Origin: Macrostomum hystrix
Taxonomy: Eukaryota; Animalia; Platyhelminthes
Length of the DNA stretch: 64,000 nucleotides
NCBI GenBank assembly: GCA_950097015.1
Contig: CATNEN010000039.1
Location: 13,640,001-13,704,000 of the forward strand
Reading direction: 5' to 3'
Below are positions 27,201 to 36,200 of this stretch, in pieces (the stretch's first letter is position 1; each line of letters starts with the position of its first letter). The position numbers and the translations under genes were made by a program. The notes below the pieces were generated by a model, which did no database searches, was not told where the DNA came from, and saw only the letters and a list, made by a program, of their open reading frames with translations.

Positions 27201-30200
27201 CGACACATGGTGGATGTCCAGCTGTTCGGATTTAACAGGGTATGCGAAGAATGACCTCTTTGGTTTTGAATCGGCGACACACCAAGCGGGACTCAATCTC
27301 CACCTGCAGGACATTCACGATTCTGTAGTAGCAGCTGTCTGAGCATTCAATGAAGGAATCATTTACGGCACTAACAGTCTGAATCTGATCGAAATGATCG
27401 CCCTGTACTGCTCAATGCACGAAGGGGGCATATTGGGAAGCGGGCCTGACCAATGCAGACCAATGAATTTTGTAGACTTGGCGGCTGATCGATTCACGTT
27501 GTCACTTTTTTCTTCGTGAATTCTATTGCAAACTTGCTCGAATGGTAAGTTGCTGGTTCTTAGCTTTGCCTTGATGGATTGCATATTGTTTTCGAACTTG
27601 AAAGCAGAAAACTGTCAAGGGAGCCGTTGTGCTTGACATAAGACGGAAGATGGAGCAGGCAATGCACGTTGTGGCTCATGAAATTGTCGCCGTAAATTTT
27701 CGCGCAGTCGGACACAAACATCCGAAGGAGTTCTGCAGCATAGTCCGCCAGCTGAATGCACCTTTCAGGATTACACAGGCAGAATATAGCGACGCTCAGC
27801 AGCAAAAAATGCTTGTACAGCTTGGAGGGAAGCACCGATTTCAGCACAACCTTTCCTGAATACAACAGGAATGAGCGGAATTCAGTCGCTTTCCAACGCC
27901 GGCATTCACCCAGTGGTCTCGGGTCTCGAGCAAACTCCGATGTAATGAAATCGGCAACATACAGGATGTGACCAGAAATTTGCAAAACGTGACTATTAGA
28001 CAGTCGACTTGGCAGTTGACCGCCAAGCCATTGCAACAGTAGCCGCTTTATCACCCCAAGACATACAAGATGCATATAGTCTAGGGGAAAAGCTGTAATC
28101 ATATCAATCCTCAAAGCCGTCAGGGGGCTTGTTCCGGTATGGTGCTCCTCATCAATCTGTTGCCTGAACGAGTCATCCGTGCGCAATGGTGCATCAACGT
28201 CTTCCAGAATTACGTAGCCAACGTATCTACCATAAGCAGTACACTGCTCGCATGAGGAATATCCGCCGTGTCCCTTGATGCATTTAATGAATGCACGAGC
28301 TCGAGCGTCGCATATGAACTTGATGTCGAACCGGTCTTCAAGACCTTGCAGCTCAGCAACCAGATCCTTCAAATATTCCTCAAGAGGTGGCTTTTGCTCT
28401 CCACAGTACAGACCTATTATAGCTGGCGGGCCTTGTCCAATCAGCAATCGTTTAAAGCATCAAAAACTCAAACGAAACTATATCGTTTCAGTTGTTTGCT
28501 TTGAAATCTGCTGCAGAGCTGCAGAGAGGTAACGCTTTTGGATTCGAATTGAGAGACGTGGAGCAGTACGTTTTAACAAACGCATGCCACGAAAGAAATA
28601 ACTCCTATTAATAATTCACTCAAGCAAATGAATTGTGTTTTAAAACCACTTATCATTTGCTAAATCTAACACGTATTGTAACATAGTGAATTATAATACG
28701 TTCCTCTGGAAAAGTCATTTGTAAAGTACTTTTAGGACTTAGCACCCGCAAACAATTAAAGGTGTCATAAATTAAGTAGCACAGCCTAGGTTTGGGGCTA
28801 TATTCGGATCATCTAAGTTTGTTGCTACACATTTAATAATACCAACCGTTTTAATTACACTAAACATTTTTGTTCATGCACAAAATTATTAAAACTGCGA
28901 TGCATTTTTCCGTGGCAATGCCAATTTCAATCGCCATCTAATAAATCTAGAGGCAATACGTATTGAAGATGGCATACACTGTCTAATTAAAGGTATAACA
29001 GGTAGATGTAGTCAAATTCCAATGTTTTTTGATGCTTTGATTTCCGACGTTTTCGCGACGTTTTCGCGACGTCAAAGTCTTACGAAAAAAGGCCGCGACT
29101 TTCGCGACCTACCGCGACGCTTACGCGACGTTGCCGCGACGAAGTGTGCTACTAGGGCTTGTCAATTAGGCGAACAATGTCAGTTGGAATAATTACTGGA
29201 ACTATCTGTCCGTGTTTGCCGACCACCTGTACTAGCAGCATGCTCTTCGAAAGCTGCACCTCAAGTGGAGTTAGATTAAGATTTTCAGCGTCAGTCGGAT
29301 CACCAGCAGCGGCATGTACTTTGGCACTTTGGTACATTGCCAGATGCTTTTTGAAAACTTCAGATGCTCGTCTCTTATTAAGTAATGATAGCCTGAAAGC
29401 AATAAGCTCAGCTAGATTTCGCCACTCTTCTTTGTTTGTGATTTTGGCGTCAGAGAAGAATCCAATTTCTTTTTTTAAGTAGGTGTTCAACAACATTAGG
29501 TCGGCAGTTAGCGGCAACACCTCAGGAACCGCAGCCTTGCGAACTTTCAGAGGCTGAAGAGCTGACGATAAGATTGATTTCATCCAACAGGAGTCGTGGA
29601 CCACAACATATTCTTTGTATTGTTTCGACGCAGATTTATTGCCTGCTTTCAATGCTGTTACCATGCAGATCTCTGCACAACACTTCAGGCTGTACCCTAT
29701 TTTAAGTACAAGACTTGGAATGCCGAATCGTTCATTTTGTGTAGCAGCCGGGTTTTTGAAGCCACACACATTTCGAGTAGCGATGACGCGAAAATCAAAA
29801 TATCTAGCCTCGAGAGCGGCTGACAGTCAGATTTGGCTCGCTTGTTACAATTCGCAACTCTTCTAAAAACCGAGCCATTTCTCGCATTTTGGTAGTGCAA
29901 AGACTCGCTCGCCTCTGCCAGAAATGTGCACCTCCCACCACTAGAGCCCCAGATTCATAATGGCCGCATCATTTCTAGCAATTAGCTTTTTGTCATCGCT
30001 GTTCATTCGTTCGACGACTTCTAAAAAATCGGCTGGATACTTGTTCGGAAGTAGTGCTGCAGAGACTATAGCTTTGCCAGCTGCCACAAATAACTCGTGT
30101 TTCTTAGCGCCATCCTCATAATCGACCGGTCGTAATTTACAATTGTGACAATGCTTATAGAGCTCACGAGCACGAAAAAAACCAAAGCAGAATTTGCTAG

Positions 30201-33200
30201 GAAGACAGCTGGAAGACACCTCGGTAGAACCTTCATCTCGGATGACAATAAGTTCTCCTTGTTTGGTTTTTGATAAGACTTGAATATTGTGCTCGAAGTC
30301 GCCCAGCAGACGTAGCTTGGTCATGGCCCTCTTATACTCTTGAGAAGACTTCGGATGGGCAGCAGCCGCAGCAACAGCCATCTCATTTTCGTGGCGGCAA
30401 AGTAGGTGGTCCCATGGACGAGAATAGAGGAAACCACTATATTGGAACGAATGTTTCTTTTTCACCTTTTTATCGGCATCAGCAGCCACGGATTCATCGC
30501 CAACATCCTCATCTCTTCGAACATTCAGCGCATCAACAATGCCAGAATTAGGGTCATCAACAAGTTCGCCATCTTGAAGTTCGCGAAAAAAGCTGCTCAC
30601 AGCATTGACGTCCAAAAAGTCTGTCTCGATGAACTCATACACATCGTTGCCAACATTAGGAGCAGTCACAGAACCAGGATCAGTTATCCCAAACAGGGAG
30701 CAGCCGCTTTAGTCACCGAGCCAGGAGCAGCCGCTGCAGTCTCTAAGCCAGGAGCAGCCACTGCAGTCTCGAAGCCAGGAGCAGCCGCTGCAGTCGCCAA
30801 GCCAGGAGCAGCCGCTACAGTCGCCAAGCCAGACGGAGCCGGTGCAGTCTCTAAGACAAGAGCAGCCGCTACAGTCTCTAAGCCAGGAGCAGCCGCTGCA
30901 GTCTCTAAGCCAGGAGCAGCCGCTACAGTCTCTAAGCCAGGAGCCGCCGCTACAGTCTCTAAGCCAGGAGCCGCCGCTACAGTCTCTAAGCCAGGAGCAG
31001 CCGCTGCAGTCTCTAAGCCAGGAGCAGCCGCTGCAGTCTCTAAGCCAGGAGCAGCCGCTGCAGTCTCTAAGCCAGGAGCAGCCGCTGCAGTCTCTAAGCC
31101 AGGAGCAGCCGCTGCAGTCTCTAAGCCAGGAGCAGCCGCTGCAGTCTCTAAGCCAGGAGCAGCCGCTGCAGTCTCTAAGCCAAGAGCAGCCGCTGCAGTC
31201 TCTAAGCCAGGAGCAGCCGCTGCAGTCTCTAAGCCAGGAGCAGCCGCTGCAGTTGCCAAGCCAGGAGCAGCCGCTGCAGTCTCTAAGCCAAGAGCAGCCG
31301 CTGCAGTCGCCAAGCCAGGAGCAGTCGCCAAGCCAGGAGCAGCCGCTGCAGTCTCGAAGCCAAGAGCAGCCGCTGCAGTCTCTAAGCCAGGAGCAGCCGC
31401 TGCAGTCGCCAAGCCAGGAGCAGCAGCTGCAGTCGACGTGTCAACTCCTGCACTCTTGTCAGTCTTCTTCGACACTGCCTTGCCTTTCGTACTTCTCTGA
31501 ACCTGGTAGGAATAATTCGTGAAAGTTACAAATGACTTTAGAATTATCGTAAAAGTACTTTTGCACTCAGCTCAGCCTAATCAGACTGCGATGAATTTCA
31601 CTCTGATCTGACTCATATCGGGCTGCAGGACTACATCGAGGTTGTCATCGCACTCAGCTCGACCTAATCCCAATTCATTCAGTTCACTCTGATCCGAAAG
31701 CCCAGCTCGTGTCGGACTGCAGGACTACATCGAGGCTGTCATCGCATTCACATGGACCTTATCATATTCAAGCATAGCGCCATAAACAAGTGTTATACGA
31801 AAGTACAATGAAAGTGTAAAGAAACGGCAGCGCTCCACTTGGCGCTCTGAATTTTCCGGAACATTCAGCTGGATGGACGTATCCGTCTCTAACGTGGCTT
31901 CGGTACAGGCAGCTGCTTGGAATGACGCAAAAGAGTTGGCTGCAGTCACCGAGCTAGAAGCATCAGCGGCAGTCGCCGATCCAAGAGCAGCTGTTACAGT
32001 CTCTAAGCCAGGAGCAGCCGCTGCTGCAGTCGCTGAGAGTGTTATCCTGCTCTGCTCTGGTGCTTGCACTGAATTTTGTGATCTTTTTGTGTCTTTAAAT
32101 TGTAAGACGTCTGAAATACTTGGCAGTTGACTGATGATGCTATCAATGTGTTTGAAGGCATTTTTTTACTTTTTAAATCTGGCGTGCTCTTTGCTTTGCA
32201 AGTGTGCATTGAAGTCGGTAAACTTTCCGCTACAATTTTCGCATTGTCGCATTGTAGGAAGTTTTAAGCCGGGACCCATATCGTCGTTTCTTTCCTGAAG
32301 CATTTGCTTGTCTTGAGCCTTACAAAGCTCGATGAAATATGTTGTACCGAATAGACTGATGTCCTGGTAAACGATCGGTCGATATATCTTTTTCATGTCT
32401 GATATTACGATGGCTGGCGGCGATAACTTTAAGTCGCTAAAGGCGGATAGATTTTCTTTTCCACGGTATGCACCTCGAAAGCAAGTGATTGGCAAAACAA
32501 TAATACAAAGCTCTTTTGCCTTCTGAAGGATGTCTTTTACACAGTCAGCTTTGCATTCCGCAAGCAAATCATCGACATCTACGTCTTCTGAGTCGGTATT
32601 GACCTTGCTGCCAAAAGTCGTTACCACAGCATCGACCTATACAAAATGTAAGCAGTAGTAGTAATAAGCACTCCATTGTGAAATGTTTCCCAAGAAATTT
32701 CACGATTGGTTTTTCAAAATCAAATCCGTACCTCTTTTGAAAAGAAATGATCAACAATGACACCACAACTCTGCGTAAGAAAACTTTCCAGATGAGCAGA
32801 GCATGATGATCCAGACTTGTTCAAAACGAATACTCGTTTTCCATATAAAAGGCCTTGAGGAGCGCCGTCGCTACGTCCAACCTAGCAAAAAACAGGTTTC
32901 ATACTTTATATGCTGAATGACTTCTCTAACAAAATGACAATGGATGACGCTCAAAGTAATGTATTGCAATAATGCGTATCCAAAACGAAAATACATATAT
33001 TGACAATGAACTAAAAGCCTTGTAATTGCAAAACGTCCCTGTAATTAGGTAAAAAAGGACCTCAGACCGAGTTGGATACGACAAGTGAAAAACCTCACGA
33101 TTCACGCATGTAAATTTATATATGGACTTAATAGTACGGGTGTTTCATAAATTCACTCTTATAAAGAATTACCACTGCTGTCGGGCTGGAAGGAATAGCT

Positions 33201-36200
33201 CGTTCATCGAGGTTGTAATCGAACTCAGCTCGACCTTATCCCAATTCATTGAGTTCACTCTGATCTGAAAGCCCAGCTCGTGTCGGACTGCAGGACTACA
33301 CCGAGGCTGTCATCGCATTCACATGGATAATCTCATTTTCAAGCATAGTGCTAAAAGTCTTATATGTAAGCTAAAGTAACTTGAATTGAAATACAATTTA
33401 GTTTGTCTTTGAAAAAACGGTTCACTATGTTAGAAGGTGTTTGTTGCTTATTGTTTTCTTAAGTGACCTAAATGTTGAGCTAGTGACTTTACCAGCTATT
33501 TTTTTGCAAATGCTATTCTTAGAACTGCCAAGCCAAGCAAGTGATCCGTTTTTAAAGACAGCGAATGAGGCAGTCTATTTCATTGTCATCATACGAGCGT
33601 AGAATGCAATTTTACTTACTGCAATTGGAGTGAAATTTGCGCAGCACCCTTTCTGGAAAGTTTTTCCTTGGCTCCCATGTCGCATGTTTTCTAAAGATTT
33701 TTATGTACATTTGGGAATTTCTCAGAGCAAACACAATATCATTTTTACACTAGATTTATTAAGTGGATATTTCTTACCTTTTGCAGCCTTCCCAGTGAAC
33801 TAGGTACTCGTAGTCACCGTTTGTCTTGCATTTTCGACATTTTAGAACGCTCAAAACGTTGTGCAACTTCTTCGACTTTCTCGTGGGCATAGCTCAAGGA
33901 AGCGTCAAGAAGAGCAGAACGCTTTCTGACTTAGTTCTTCTAGTTCTTCTGACTTCTGACTCGCTGATACAGCTTCTTAGAGCAGTAGGAAATAAAACGG
34001 CTTTAAAATGACACTTCTTAACTTCGTAAGAAGGAACCTTTGACTTTGCGTGAGTGGGATTATATCGAGGGCTTGCATCGAGGGGCTGATTGGAGAAAGT
34101 TGGACTCCTCTCGCTTTCTGTTGGGGTGTCGGGGTTGGGGTATTGTACACTGACCCTGTACACGCAGCAGTTCTGCTGCAATTCTATTGGCTGACAAACA
34201 AGGCTCTTGTTCTCACTCTTCAGGATAACATCGAGGCTGATTCTCAGTAGATATTGAAACTCACTCAATTGCCTGTCTGCAGGATAACATCGAGGCTGAT
34301 TCACTCAGTACTCAATGAAAGCTTTTTGAATGGCTTTTAAGTTGGGCATTCTAATCCTGGGATACTGAGATTTCGTTTTCTAGAATCCGTGGAATGCTGC
34401 TGTTCTGGATTTTTTGGGGATTTTTTTGAAAAATTGAGCTTTGATATTGATTTATTAATGAGAGTTAAGTAGAGATTGTATACAGTACAGCTCAAAGAAG
34501 TTCGCAAGCTTTCTTTTGTCTCACATTTCTGAGCTTAGATTTTATTTCCTTAGTCTTTAGTTTTTGTTTTTAGCTGATGAATCCACAGTTTTTGTGGCTG
34601 ATTCAACAAATTTATTTGTTAATGAACAAGAAAAGTATCTAGCTTTGAGTGACAATCGAGCATTGCTCACCAATAAGTATCATATTTCACTTAGTGCAGG
34701 AAGATACACCGCTGGCATCAGTTGATTCATAGTTGTGCTAATTTCTTGCAATATTTATTCTTGGAGCTCATTAAAGGCAGGGTGTGGCAGTAATGATACT
34801 TAATGACGTCTAAATCCCTTTTTGCATTTCACCATACTCACTCAAATCGGCAAAAACAGGGTACACTCGATTCTCGAAGTGAGTAGAAATTCCTAAGTTT
34901 TACAGGAAATCGATGGGGGGTTAGGTCGAGGGGACAAAAAGCCAAAAAGCCCGGTAACACTTTAGAAACTTTTTAAGCTTCATAAATTGTTTAGAAGTAG
35001 TCAACGAGGCATTTTGGGTCGCAATTCTTTATGTCAATTCAATTGGAGCCCGAAAAAAAGGACCTCAACCTAAATCCTCGAGCTAAAAAAATCTCGAGCT
35101 AGCCGTGATTCTCAACAGGCAGAGTATCGACCTAATCGGGTGGAGACTAACACACTCACTCACTCACTCAATCACTCACTCAGTAACTCACTTAGTCACT
35201 CAGTAACTCACTTAGTCACTCGATCACACAATCACTCACTCACTCACTTACTCAATCACTCACTCAATCACTCACTCAAGCACCCACTCAGTCACTCACT
35301 CACTTACTCAGTCAATTACTCACTCAGTCAATTACTCACTCAATCACCCACTCAATCACTCATTTACTCTTTCAATATTTTTGTTACTCGACCTCTTACT
35401 TACTCGCTCACTTCTCAAACTGTAAATCACTTCTTAAAATATTTTAATCACTTACTCAATCACTAATTAACTCACTTATCTATTTGTCGCCCCACTCGCT
35501 AACTCTATTCCTGACGAGTTTTTACTTGTACTTTCTTGCCGGAAGATTACAAAAAAACACAAGCTTGTTGGGACCCGGTTTAGTATAAGGTACTAACCAG
35601 AGCCTACTAAAAGTAGTATGCATCGCGACCCTATAAAATACAGGATTTATTAAGACAGCCGCTGCGGCGCACTAGTCTATTGCAAGACTTGGACAGCGGC
35701 ACGCCCTACCAGTCCTATTACACTAGCGCCCCGTCTGCTGGTGAAGACGCAGCTCATACTACTGTTAGCGACGGTGCGTCAGCCGGCGACGATAATCCAA
35801 TGGAGCTTTGCGAACAAGACGATCTAGTTGAACAGCCAGCGGAGCATCAATCAGCGGCTGATCCCGTTGTTGACGATGGTCGAGAAGCTCTAGCTAGGCA
35901 GCAGCTAAGCCGTCGTATTGCTGGAGTGCAGCAGCAGCAGCAGCAGCATCAGCCGCGTAGGCATATCTGGTCTGGCGTGGCCGACACTCAGGTTGGCGAT
36001 TTCCGACTGCGAGCCTACCCGGTCAGCGGGCCCGACTGCGACAATCCGCGCCGAATGGCAAGCCACTTCCCGTCCGATAGGCGGCTAATGCTGAAGGGTC
36101 GACTAGCCAGACATGTGTGCTTTGACTATCTAAAACAGATGCAACGAGTTGGCACTAGGGACATTCTAGTGCTCAGCTGCGTACCTGATGGACAGGTGAG

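Larger units (their letters stand above)
25218..29157 (-). mobile_element. CACTA/EnSpm (CMC) DNA transposon, internally deleted, nested in the YR gene
   Basis: 44-bp TIRs CCCTAGTARCACACTTCGTCGCGGCAACGTCGCGTAARCGTCGC (2 mismatches), 3-bp TSD CTT (25215-25217 and 29158-29160), subterminal CGTCGCG repeats, transposase and ORF2 fragments. Confidence 0.9.
23422..35146 (-). mobile_element. Tyrosine-recombinase (Crypton-like) DNA transposon carrying chromodomain and DBF4-like modules; decayed, ~7.8 kb without the nested CACTA element
   Basis: 20-bp inverted termini TCTCCACCTGATTAGCTCGA (23422-23441) and TCTCCACCCGATTAGGTCGA (reverse complement of 35127-35146), 18/20 identical. Sits where a (TCAC)n microsatellite is interrupted. 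Internal minus-strand coding fragments carry YR catalytic motifs. No clear TSD. Confidence 0.78.

Noticed and set aside
24258-30690. Tyrosine recombinase as a phage/bacterial horizontal transfer or contamination
   Set aside because: Embedded in a spliceosomal intron, associated with GT-AG introns and eukaryotic domains, and matches a metazoan YR family pattern.
30406-31522. Plus-strand (AAAVSKPG)n ORF resembling histone-H1/AlgP-like tails, and the (SQEQPLQSL)n ORF
   Set aside because: Antisense frames of the 27-bp repeat. The minus frame is collinear with the DBF4 and YR fragments and has a splice acceptor.
33894-34304. 136-aa ORF upstream of the chromodomain exon
   Set aside because: Starts at GTG, shows no motif, overlaps repeated non-coding motifs; likely 5' UTR/promoter of the element.
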